From Candidatus Methanophagaceae archaeon (GTDB lineage: Archaea; Halobacteriota; Syntropharchaeia; Alkanophagales; Methanospirareceae), in the NCBI GenBank assembly GCA_003194425.1, contig PQXB01000001.1, forward strand, positions 670,444 through 702,443: a stretch of 32,000 nucleotides of DNA, written 5' to 3'. A model generated the notes under the pieces. The model searched no databases and had not been told where the DNA came from. It saw only the letters and a list, made by a program, of their open reading frames with translations. Both the position numbers and the translations under genes were made by a program. Below, piece after piece: positions 25,062 to 32,000 of the stretch. Within the stretch, counting starts at the first letter, position 1. Every line of letters begins with the position of its first letter.

Positions 25062-26012
25062 ATGAATTTCGTTGTTCTTGCATTTTCTGAATTCTTGAAT
25101 TGGGTTGTCTTAAACTGGAACTGGGACGCCCTCGGTGTAATATGCAATAGTATTCTTGTTTTTGTGCTGGTTGTTATATTCTTGAATTGGGTTGTCTTAA
25201 ACTGGAACTGGGACGCCCTCGGTGTAATATGCAATATTATTCTTGTTTTTGCGCTGGTTGTTATAACTTGGTGGTACGCAAAGAAAGTTAGCGAACAAAC
25301 GGAATTAATGGTAAAAGACCGAGAAAGAAACAAGATTTTAGAGGAGGTTCAAGATGTTTTAACGCCGACTATTCTTTCTTTGAAAACGGAAATTAAAGCG
25401 ATTCAGGACAACAAAATCTTTTGGAAGCGTTATCCCTCATGGGTAGGTTTCGACGAGAAAGGACCCTCAAAACTTTTAACAGACAATAAAAAAGACCGTA
25501 GTGGTGCAGTAAAAGACATCTTCAGAAAGTTCCCTATATTGGAGGGGAGATTTTCTTCCCACGATTCTTTATGTGATAAACTGAATGATTTCTACGCCAA
25601 AATTGAAAGCGAGGTTAAAACCCCGGAACTTACAGAACGCTTAAAAACTCTGGTTAAGGAATTCAATGAATCACGAGAGGGTTCTTATAGAATAAGTAAG
25701 GAGCATTCTGAAAACCCCGATCAGATTTTTGTGTATTGTATCATAAATTTTAGATATCCGATAGAACGAAGCTCAGATTCCCCCCTACCTAATATTACCC
25801 CCCTACCTAATATTATTTTTTGGGAAAAATACAAAAATGAATTATTAAAATTTAGAGACACCGCACAGATTAAAGAACTTGATAAAGAAATTGAAGAAGT
25901 ACTAACTCAATTAAGAAAATTAGATGAGGAACTTTTAGGGAAGATTGAAGAGATAAGAGAGGATTATCGAGTAACGTACAACTTTACTAAATATGAAATT
26001 GACTCTGAATGA
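25062..26012 (+). CDS. Hypothetical membrane-anchored protein with charged, probably coiled-coil C-terminal region (no family recognised)
   Basis: 316 aa with an ATG start. The N-terminus has a 29-aa hydrophobic module repeated twice, followed by a K/E-rich soluble part. Codon usage is AT-rich, unlike neighbouring genes. Internal PLPNI(T/I) x2 comes from an 18-bp duplication (25780..25815). Confidence 0.6.
   Translation: MNFVVLAFSEFLNWVVLNWNWDALGVICNSILVFVLVVIFLNWVVLNWNWDALGVICNIILVFALVVITWWYAKKVSEQTELMVKDRERNKILEEVQDVLTPTILSLKTEIKAIQDNKIFWKRYPSWVGFDEKGPSKLLTDNKKDRSGAVKDIFRKFPILEGRFSSHDSLCDKLNDFYAKIESEVKTPELTERLKTLVKEFNESREGSYRISKEHSENPDQIFVYCIINFRYPIERSSDSPLPNITPLPNIIFWEKYKNELLKFRDTAQIKELDKEIEEVLTQLRKLDEELLGKIEEIREDYRVTYNFTKYEIDSE
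25091..25264. repeat. 87-bp tandem duplication (2 copies, 2 mismatches seen)
   Basis: Copy 1 is 25091..25177 and copy 2 is 25178..25264 (attcttgaattgggttgtcttaaactggaactgggacgccctcggtgtaatatgcaata...gctggttgttat). It is in frame and duplicates FLNWVVLNWNWDALGVICN(S/I)ILVF(V/A)LVVI. Confidence 0.95.
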
Positions 26013-26093
26013 ATTGAAAGAAAAATGAAAGGAAAAATTTAGCTGGGATTTGGATGTCTGTTTTGCTAAGTGTGTTGTGCGGGGTGGGAGCAG

Positions 26094-26786
26094 TCACTTC
26101 AACACCTTCCCCGTCTCCAGCCACCACAAATACAAATCCAACTCCCCCAAACTCATCCCTACCTCCCCCGCCAAACCCTCCAACCTCCGCTCCAACTCCA
26201 AATACTTCCTCTTCGTCAGTGCCTTCGTCAACCTCCCAGGAATCTCCTCACAAATCCCGAACCTCTGCATCGCACGCAAAATATGCCGGTCCAAAATCGC
26301 GACATTTCCAAACCCCAGATTCCGCAAAAAATGGCTCGCCTCTTTGTAGCCAAGACCCTTAACATTTTTAACCAGCCACTCTCGTGCCCTCCTCTCGTCT
26401 CCAAACGAGCCAACAACCGCTTTTACCCCGCTCCCAACTTTCCGCCGCGCAGCCACGATAAATTCACTCCGCCGCTTGTAAAATCTGTGCCCCTCTTCTT
26501 TCAAAACCGTCTCTAACTCCTCTAAAGGCAGATTCAAGAACCCGTTAGACCCTTCCCCTTCCTCTGCCTCTTCCCCCAACCGCTCTTGAATCTTCATTCC
26601 AAGCGCTGCCGAAGAATTCGCGGTCAGCAGACAGAAACAGAGCTCCGAGAACCAACGCTCCCCTCCTCTCTCTCGATTCGCCTCAAACTCTTCTAACCTC
26701 GTTTTTATCTGGCTCGCTACTCTCCTATCTTTTTGTAAAACAACGAGTTCCTTTTTAATATTTAGTTTTTTTTTAATATCTAACAT
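26094..26786 (-). CDS. N-glycosylase/DNA lyase (archaeal Ogg2-type 8-oxoguanine glycosylase, HhH-GPD)
   Basis: WFSELCFCLLTANSSA, the KGLGYKEASHFLRNLGFGNVAILDRHIL helix-hairpin-helix with catalytic Lys/Asp context, and a length of about 230 aa. A GEEAEEGEGS insertion is present. Confidence 0.8.
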   Translation of the reverse strand: MLDIKKKLNIKKELVVLQKDRRVASQIKTRLEEFEANRERGGERWFSELCFCLLTANSSAALGMKIQERLGEEAEEGEGSNGFLNLPLEELETVLKEEGHRFYKRRSEFIVAARRKVGSGVKAVVGSFGDERRAREWLVKNVKGLGYKEASHFLRNLGFGNVAILDRHILRAMQRFGICEEIPGRLTKALTKRKYLELERRLEGLAGEVGMSLGELDLYLWWLETGKVLK

Positions 26787-26823
26787 TTTTGTTTAAGAAA
26801 GATAAAAACAAAAGCGAAAAAAA

Positions 26824-26938
26824 GCGTCGATGGTCTAGAGGTATGACTTGGGCCTTCCAACCAAACTTTTTAGAAAAAAGTTTGATAAAAAAGAAGGGAA
26901 GACAGCCCACTGCCCGGGTTCAAATCCCGGTCGACGCA
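26824..26938 (+). tRNA. tRNA-Gly (anticodon UCC) with a 44-nt intron at the canonical 37/38 position
   Basis: Exon 1 is 26824..26859 and exon 2 is 26904..26938. The features are a GCGTCGA/TCGACGC acceptor, a TGGGC...GCCCA anticodon stem restored only after removing 26860..26903, and a CCGGG-TTCAAAT-CCCGG T arm. Intron GGAA (26897..26900) can pair with TTCC (26855..26858), forming the central helix of a bulge-helix-bulge-like motif. The intron also has a 9-bp hairpin (26863..26883). Confidence 0.85.
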
Positions 26939-26949
26939 TTAAACTTCTT

Positions 26950-27681
26950 CTAAAAGTTTGACCAAAAACGCTTCGCAGAAGAGCGATAAACCCCCAACCC
27001 CAGAGCCTCCTCGATTCTTCCCAACTCCGCACCCGTCGTCTCCGCACCCACGACGTAGCCCTTCGTGTTTGCCACCAAACCCGCACCCACTAAAGGCGCG
27101 CCGAAATTTACACTCCCGATTTCCACGGGCAATTCAAAGACCTGCTCCAAAAATTCCAACTCCGCACGGCTGGCGTTACTGTTCGCCAAGACGCCCTTGT
27201 TCGTCGCCACCGCAGCCATTCCCACCGTCTTCAACCCCCCTACCGTACCCTTGTAGACCTTCACTCCCAGCGTCTCCCTCACCTCCTCCACCGTCTTCTC
27301 CGACAACTCCGGGTGAACCAGCGCCACCGAATCGTTCGCGAGCACGAGGTTTCCAACAGCGTTCATTTTGTCCCTCTCCCCTCCCGCTCCCGGCAAGCGA
27401 CTAATTTTTCCCAACCCTTCCCCCTCTACTCGCTCCTTAACTCGCCGCAGCTCGCTCTCCAACGCGTAAGGCGAGAGGAGAAAACCATTCGAGTTCCCAA
27501 CCGCCAAGCAGCCGAGTAAAGACATCTCCGCAACCGAAGTTCTCACCGCCACCTCCACCTTCAACGCACGCTCAATTTCCGCCACCAACTCTTCCGACGC
27601 CGAAGAGGGCAGAAGAACCGCAGACTCGGTGCAGACCGCAAAAAGACCGACGTACGGGCTTCCCTCAAGCCTGAATCTCAT
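26950..27681 (-). CDS. eif6: Translation initiation factor aIF6
   Basis: MRFRLEGSPYVGLFAVCTESAVLLP, with repeated pentein-fold segments (GNLVLANDSVALVHP, GVLANSNASRAELEF, GLVANTKGYVVG). The start overlaps the rpl31e stop (ATGA at 27678..27681). Confidence 0.9.
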   Translation of the reverse strand: MRFRLEGSPYVGLFAVCTESAVLLPSSASEELVAEIERALKVEVAVRTSVAEMSLLGCLAVGNSNGFLLSPYALESELRRVKERVEGEGLGKISRLPGAGGERDKMNAVGNLVLANDSVALVHPELSEKTVEEVRETLGVKVYKGTVGGLKTVGMAAVATNKGVLANSNASRAELEFLEQVFELPVEIGSVNFGAPLVGAGLVANTKGYVVGAETTGAELGRIEEALGLGVYRSSAKRFWSNF

Positions 27682-27956
27682 TCGACAAGTTCTGCCCTTA
27701 CCCTCTCCTCCTCCTCTGTCACCCTCACGCGAATCCTTGAAGGCGGCTTCTGCGAGCCCCGCTGCCAAACCTTCTCGTTCACCGCAGCGTCTAAAACGAC
27801 CTCCTCAGATTTTGTGTGCCGCCTCAAAAAGCCCCGTATTTCTGCAATCGCACGGTTGCTCCGCTTCCACCTCGCCGCCTTCTTCACCTTCCGCAAAGGA
27901 ATCGTGTAAATCCTCTCTCCCCCTTCTCCTACTCCTCCTTTTCTTTCTTCGCCCAT
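27678..27956 (-). CDS. rpl31e: 50S ribosomal protein L31e (eL31)
   Basis: ERIYTIPLRKVKKAARWKRSNRAIAEIRGFLRRH...NEKVWQRGSQKPPSRIRVRV is typical of L31e. Confidence 0.9.
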   Translation of the reverse strand: MGEERKGGVGEGGERIYTIPLRKVKKAARWKRSNRAIAEIRGFLRRHTKSEEVVLDAAVNEKVWQRGSQKPPSRIRVRVTEEEERVRAELVE

Positions 27957-27957
27957 T

Positions 27958-28014
27958 TTCTCTCCTCTTTTTCACCTTCTCTCCTCTTTTTCACCTTCTC
28001 TCCTCCTTTTCACA
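27958..28014. repeat. 19-bp tandem repeat x3 between rpl39e and rpl31e
   Basis: ttctctcctctttttcacc x2 plus a diverged third copy. The sense-strand unit is GGTGAAAAAGAGGAGAGAA, and the array ends 1 nt before the rpl31e ATG. Confidence 0.9.
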
Positions 28015-28018
28015 CACT

Positions 28019-28177
28019 TCACGCCTTCAACTTTGTTCGTCTCCAGTGCCGCCTCTTTGGATGCGTCGTCACCCGCCGACTCGTCTTTACCATTATCCAC
28101 GCCGGCAGCCGTCTGTTCTGCTTGTTCGCCTTGCTGAGCCTAATCTTCTTGCCCTTCGTCTTTTTTCCTATCGCCAT
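28019..28177 (-). CDS. rpl39e: 50S ribosomal protein L39e (eL39)
   Basis: 52-aa ORF below the track cutoff: [52 protein letters not shown]. It follows the L39e pattern and sits upstream of rpl31e-eif6 as in other archaea. Confidence 0.85.
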   Translation of the reverse strand: MAIGKKTKGKKIRLSKANKQNRRLPAWIMVKTSRRVTTHPKRRHWRRTKLKA

Positions 28178-28470
28178 CGTATCTTTCAAAACTTCTTTTT
28201 ATTTATTAAATACAAGAAAAGAACGAATGTTAGGAGGGAGGGAATAAAAATGGGGAAACACAAAAATTTTTGAGAGTGGCGGACGTGCAGGCGTTTCCGG
28301 ACGACTTGAGTGAAAGAACTTCGGGTCAGAGGAGGGCGAGGGCGGGGCGAGAAGTAGGAAAAGGTTTTTTAGTCAAGGTTTCTAAACCGAGCAATACTCA
28401 ACTTTTTATTGAACAATTATAAATGAATAAGAGAAGAAAAGAAAAGAGAAGAGAAGAGAAAAGAAGAAAG

Positions 28471-28842
28471 ATGAAACTCGGAATATCGGCGGATTTCAGC
28501 GCTGCACACTCGCTGCCCCGACACCCAGGGAAATGCAAGAACCTGCACGGGCACACCTACAAAATTGAGGTGGTGGTAGAGGGTGAGAAGAAGGAGGGGA
28601 CGGAGTGCGTGGCGGATTTCGCGGAAGTGCGGGCGCTGGTAGAGGGGGTGCTTGAACTCGTTGACCACAAGTTCCTGAACGAGATAATTTCGTACCCAAC
28701 GAGCGAGAACATTGCGTTGTTTCTGGGGGGGGAGTTGGAGAAGAGGTTGCGAGGCGCGGATTTGGAGTTGGGCGTGAGGCTGCGTTCTGTAAAAATATGG
28801 GAAGGCAAGGACAAATGGGTGAAGGTAGAGTATGAAAACTGA
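28471..28842 (+). CDS. queD: 6-carboxy-5,6,7,8-tetrahydropterin synthase / 6-pyruvoyl-tetrahydropterin synthase family (QueD)
   Basis: [22 protein letters not shown] carries the zinc/catalytic His and Cys motifs, and the protein is about 123 aa. ATG 28471 was chosen because the upstream part of track ORF 28423 is a GA-rich leader. Confidence 0.8.
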   Translation: MKLGISADFSAAHSLPRHPGKCKNLHGHTYKIEVVVEGEKKEGTECVADFAEVRALVEGVLELVDHKFLNEIISYPTSENIALFLGGELEKRLRGADLELGVRLRSVKIWEGKDKWVKVEYEN

Positions 28843-29764
28843 AGAGACGAAGAGGGAGAGAGGAGAAGGAGAGGTAGGAGAGGCAGGAAAGGCAGGAAAG
28901 GCAGGAAAGGCAGGAAAGGCAGGAAAGGCAGGAGAGGAAGAGGATTTGGTAGACGCGAGAATGGGAAAGGTAAAGCACAAGATAATGGTGATGAGCGGAA
29001 AGGGGGGAGTGGGAAAGACGACGGTAGCTGCGAACCTCGCTTTTGCTCTCGCGATGCGGGGTTTGGATGTGGGCTTGATGGACGCGGACATTCACGGACC
29101 AGACATTCCAAAAATACTAGGAATTGAGGAGCAGCGACCGGAGGTCTCGGAAGAGGCGGGGAAAATGCGTCCGATTTTGGTCACGCCGCGGCTGAAAGCG
29201 ATGTCAATCGGGTTTCTGCTTCCTGACACGGACTCCCCGATTATCTGGCGAGGACCGATGAAAATGAACGCGATCCGGCAGTTCCTCTCGGATGTTGAGT
29301 GGGGCGAGCTGGACTACTTGGTCGTTGACTTGCCCCCCGGAACTGGCGACGAGCCGCTCAGCGTTGCACAACTGCTGAAGAATGTGGACGGTGCGATAAT
29401 TGTAACGACGCCGCAGGACTTGGCGTTGCTGGATTCGAGGAAGGCGGTGAACTTTGCGGGGGTGCTGAAAGTGCCGGTCGTCGGGATAATTGAAAATATG
29501 AGCGGGTTTGTCTGCCCTCACTGCGGAAAGGAGACGAGGATTTTCAAGTACGGCGGAGGCGAGAGAGCAGCAGCGGAGTTGGGCGTGCCGTTCCTCGGGC
29601 GAGTGCCACTTGACTCGAAGATGGTCGAGGCCGCAGACAGCGGAACGCCGTTCGTGCTGCAGCGAGAGGCGGAGGCGACGGCGCGAGAGGCGTTTGAGCA
29701 GATTGTTGAGAAAGTGCGGGCGTTTGTGGAAGCTGACCCCAAGCTAAAGCAGAGGGAGTTCTGA
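28832..29764 (+). CDS. Mrp/NBP35/ApbC-family Fe-S cluster carrier ATPase
   Basis: Deviant Walker [12 protein letters not shown], DxPPGTGDE, and the CPHCG CxxC cluster-binding motif. The start is ambiguous. ATG 28832 overlaps queD and adds an N-terminal tail with (GKA)5. ATG 28961 ([16 protein letters not shown]) would place the repeat in the leader. Confidence 0.85.
   Translation: MKTEETKRERGEGEVGEAGKAGKAGKAGKAGKAGEEEDLVDARMGKVKHKIMVMSGKGGVGKTTVAANLAFALAMRGLDVGLMDADIHGPDIPKILGIEEQRPEVSEEAGKMRPILVTPRLKAMSIGFLLPDTDSPIIWRGPMKMNAIRQFLSDVEWGELDYLVVDLPPGTGDEPLSVAQLLKNVDGAIIVTTPQDLALLDSRKAVNFAGVLKVPVVGIIENMSGFVCPHCGKETRIFKYGGGERAAAELGVPFLGRVPLDSKMVEAADSGTPFVLQREAEATAREAFEQIVEKVRAFVEADPKLKQREF
28882..28935. 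repeat. 9-bp tandem repeat x6 at the 5' end or leader of the Mrp gene
   Basis: ggcaggaaa x5 followed by ggcaggaga. Confidence 0.9.
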
Positions 29765-29993
29765 GGTCGGTAGCGTCCTTACCGTTGCCTCTTTGGGAAT
29801 CCGTGCTCCCCTACGCAGCAATCTGCTAATGCACGCACAATGCTCGCCCACCACCCACGAGCAGCATGTTGTAGTATATATATTTCTTCTTCTTATAATT
29901 TCTTCTTCTTATATTTTTTCTTCTTCTTTGTTGATCCTGTGGCATATCGGAAGGAGGGCGTGGTAATTGGAGTAGGTGTGATCGCAGGTTAAA

Positions 29994-30965
29994 ATGTTTA
30001 GTCTTTTTATCTCAGCGTCTCTGACTGCCCTTTACTGGCTGTTTCGGGTTGTGCCAGTCGTAGCCACGGGCATCTTTGCAACGAGTTTCGCAGTCAACCT
30101 CGGGCTGATGAAGAAGTTCAGCAGGCTGGTAGAACCGCTCTCCAGCAAAGCCAAAATCAGTGCAGTCTCGGCTCTCGCAGTCGTAACCTGCACTTTCAGC
30201 ACCACCGCGGGTTACTCAATGCTCGTGGACGGGCTGAACAAAAAGGTCGTCTCGGAGCAGGAGGTCGTCGCAACCACGCTAATCTCCTCCTTTCCAAGCA
30301 TCCTTTCTCACCTCTTCACATTTTTCATCCCCGTCATAATTCCGATTCTTGGGCTCACTACAGGAGCGATTTATGTCTGCCTCGTTGGGCTCGTGGCACT
30401 CTTAAAGTCGTGCTTTGGCGTTTTCCTCGCGAGGCTGTGGCACTCTGCAAACCCCGAATCCAGCAAATCCAAACTCTCAAACCCCCAAACCCCAAAACCT
30501 CTAACCTCAAACCTCAAGCAAGAGGCGTTAAACAAGAGTACCCGAAGCACCTACAAAATGCTCAAGCGGGTTGTGCCGACGATGTTCGTCACTCTTTTTC
30601 TGGTCTCGGTGGCGGAGGAACTGGGGCTGTTCGAGTCGTTCTCTGCGGTTTTACAGCCGCTCACGAGCGTTCTGGGTTTGGAAAGCGAGGTCGTCCTAAT
30701 CAGTGCAACCGATGTTGTGAACTCTTACTCTGGACTAATCCTCGCGGGCAGCCTTCTGGAAGGGGGGCGGGTAACGACGAGAGGGGTGCTGGTTGCGTTG
30801 CTGCTTGGAAATGTGGTCTCGTTCTCTGCGAGGTTTGCGAAGCACTCGCTACCGCTCCACTTCTCGCTCTTTGGACCGAGGTTGGGGAGCAGGACGGTTG
30901 CGGTAAACGCGGGGACGACGCTTGTTTTGGACGCGGTTTTTATTGTTGTGCTACTGATGATTTAG
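29994..30965 (+). CDS. Polytopic membrane protein, possibly of the nucleoside-recognition (Gate) domain family
   Basis: 323 aa with multiple hydrophobic segments in two halves, joined by a low-complexity hydrophilic linker ([25 protein letters not shown]). The family call is from general resemblance only. Confidence 0.5.
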   Translation: MFSLFISASLTALYWLFRVVPVVATGIFATSFAVNLGLMKKFSRLVEPLSSKAKISAVSALAVVTCTFSTTAGYSMLVDGLNKKVVSEQEVVATTLISSFPSILSHLFTFFIPVIIPILGLTTGAIYVCLVGLVALLKSCFGVFLARLWHSANPESSKSKLSNPQTPKPLTSNLKQEALNKSTRSTYKMLKRVVPTMFVTLFLVSVAEELGLFESFSAVLQPLTSVLGLESEVVLISATDVVNSYSGLILAGSLLEGGRVTTRGVLVALLLGNVVSFSARFAKHSLPLHFSLFGPRLGSRTVAVNAGTTLVLDAVFIVVLLMI

Positions 30966-31036
30966 AAGTTTTAAGTATTGTTATATCGTTTTAAATAGTT
31001 ATAAATTTATAGGGGTAAAATAAAAAAAGAAGGGAA

Positions 31037-32000
31037 ATGACACACCACATCAGAAGAGAAATATTACCGTTTACCGCGATTGTGGGGCAGGAGCGGATGA
31101 AGAAGGCGTTGGTTTTGAACGCGGTTAACCCGCGAATCGGCGGCGTGCTTATTCGGGGCGAGAAGGGGACGGCGAAGTCCACTGCCGTGCGGGCGCTTGC
31201 AGAACTGCTGCCTGAGATTGAGGTGGTAAAAGGCTGTAGGTTCAACTGCAACCCTCACGACGAGGCGGAGATGTGCGACCTCTGCTACGCCAAGAGGACG
31301 AACGAGAGAGCGAACAAGGACGGAGAAGAAGGAGAAGAAGGAGAAGAAGGAGAAGGAAGAGAAGAAGGCGAAGGAAGAGAAGAAGGCGAAGAAGAAGGCG
31401 AAGAAGGCGAAGAAGAAGGCGAAAGAGGAGAAGGACGGGAGGGGAAACAGGAGGTAGCGAGGCGGAGGATGTGGGTCGTCGACCTTCCGCTCGGTGCGAC
31501 CGAGGACAGGGTCGTGGGCTCAATAAATGTGGAGAAGGCGATAAAAGAGGGGATAAAAGCGTTAGAGCCGGGCATTCTGGCTGCTGCGAACCGAGGCATT
31601 CTTTACATCGACGAGGTGAATCTCTTGGACGACCACGTCGCGGATGTCATTCTCGATTCCGCGGCGATGTCAATAAATGTGGTCGAGCGCGAGGGCGTCT
31701 CGGTCTCGCACCCCGCTAAATTCATCCTCGTCGGTACGATGAACCCCGAAGAAGGCGAGCTCAGACCACAACTCCTCGACAGGTTCGGACTTCAAGCCAG
31801 CGTAGAAAGCATCGACGACGCGGAGAAGCGGGTGGAGATTGTGAAGCAGGTGGAGGGTTTTGAACGAGATCCGGCAGAGTTCAGGGAACGGTTCGAGGCG
31901 CGACAGAGAGCGTTGCGGGAGAAGATTGTGCAGGCGAAGCAAATTCTTAAGGCGGTGCAGATTAGCGACGATTTGCTGAAACTGACCGCGGAGACCTGCG
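31037..32000 (+). CDS. Mg/Co-chelatase ATPase subunit (ChlI/BchI family, AAA+); the 3' end lies outside the window
   Basis: It is absent from the ORF track because no stop occurs before the window end. My translation from ATG 31037 reads [49 protein letters not shown] (Walker A)...[15 protein letters not shown]...[17 protein letters not shown] (Walker B)...[20 protein letters not shown]. An E/G-rich repeat insertion is present. Confidence 0.85.
   Translation, partial: MTHHIRREILPFTAIVGQERMKKALVLNAVNPRIGGVLIRGEKGTAKSTAVRALAELLPEIEVVKGCRFNCNPHDEAEMCDLCYAKRTNERANKDGEEGEEGEEGEGREEGEGREEGEEEGEEGEEEGERGEGREGKQEVARRRMWVVDLPLGATEDRVVGSINVEKAIKEGIKALEPGILAAANRGILYIDEVNLLDDHVADVILDSAAMSINVVEREGVSVSHPAKFILVGTMNPEEGELRPQLLDRFGLQASVESIDDAEKRVEIVKQVEGFERDPAEFRERFEARQRALREKIVQAKQILKAVQISDDLLKLTAETC
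31322..31430. repeat. GA-rich tandem array inside the chelatase ATPase gene
   Basis: ggagaagaa x3 (31322..31348), ggaagagaagaaggcgaa x2 (31355..31390), then gaagaaggcgaa-type units. It encodes [33 protein letters not shown] in frame. Confidence 0.9.

Noticed and set aside
24983-25333. 117-codon N-terminal extension of the rtcB ORF in the track (ORF 22136..25333)
   Set aside because: The extension reads through the reverse complement of the 87-bp duplication and the divergent promoter. Conserved RtcB sequence begins only after ATG 24982. The region is better explained by the plus-strand gene at 25062.
26835-27086. 83-aa minus-strand ORF
   Set aside because: It spans the tRNA-Gly gene and the 3' end of eif6. 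It is an artefact.
28276-28422. 48-codon GTG-initiated ORF in the GC-rich spacer between rpl39e and queD
   Set aside because: It has no ribosome-binding context and no recognisable motif, and it runs into the queD promoter. I kept only a mention of it as an unexplained GC-rich block.
27629-29111. Long ORFs antisense to rpl31e/rpl39e (27629..28273 +, 27816..28247 +) and to queD/Mrp (28417..29091, 28496..29095, 28557..29111 -)
   Set aside because: They overlap confidently identified genes on the opposite strand, are low-complexity S/P/L-rich, and cross intergenic promoters.
29829-29966. 45-codon ORF with a hydrophobic core (MHAQCSPTTHEQHVVVYIFLLLIISSSYIFSSSLLILWHIGRRAW); possible small membrane peptide or type I toxin
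   Set aside because: The hydrophobic stretch is encoded by the T-rich ttcttcttctt repeat, which more plausibly belongs to the promoter region of the 29994 gene. No supporting start context is present.
31242-31719. Poly-Arg (31273..31719 +), poly-Leu (31242..31523 -) and S/P-rich (31285..31599 -) ORFs
   Set aside because: These are alternative-frame and antisense readings of the GAA/GGA repeat inside the ChlI-type gene. The frame starting at 31037 carries the Walker A/B and other AAA+ motifs.

Overview
This is an archaeal chromosomal segment with euryarchaeote-like gene order. All family calls come from reading motifs and sequence by eye; no database search was run.

Most of the window is housekeeping:
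- Translation and RNA processing: eL42/L44e, eS27/S27e, aIF2-alpha, Nop10, aIF6, eL31, eL39, ThrRS, Pus10, RtcB. There is also a tRNA-Val and an intron-containing tRNA-Gly.
- Replication and repair: a GINS-like fragment, archaeal DnaG, an Ogg-type glycosylase.
- Amino-acid synthesis: argJ and a leuC-leuD-argC operon.
- A complete UDP-GlcNAc route: glmS, glmM, a glmU-like gene and a 4-epimerase.
- Others: htpX, cmk, queD, an Mrp/ApbC ATPase and a ChlI-type chelatase ATPase that runs off the 3' end.

No CRISPR array, rRNA, intact transposon or recognisable multi-gene defence system is visible.

The most unusual signal is not a gene. By eye I found at least 30 loci of near-perfect short tandem duplication.
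- Periods are 6 to 23 bp, plus one of 87 bp.
- They sit directly upstream of start codons, across stop codons, and in frame inside conserved enzymes. The in-frame copies produce G/E/K/R/S/T-rich insertions.
- Every coding-region period is a multiple of 3, while non-coding periods include 11, 16, 17, 19, 22 and 23.
- The repeats are purine-rich on the sense strand whichever way the gene points.

Other accessory features:
- A LAGLIDADG intein in rtcB.
- Two visibly AT-rich islands. One holds a frameshifted, internally shortened Dam-type methylase. The other holds an orphan membrane-anchored protein whose N-terminal hydrophobic segment was duplicated by the 87-bp repeat.
- A HicB/UPF0150-like gene remnant.
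- A conserved hypothetical gene next to htpX.
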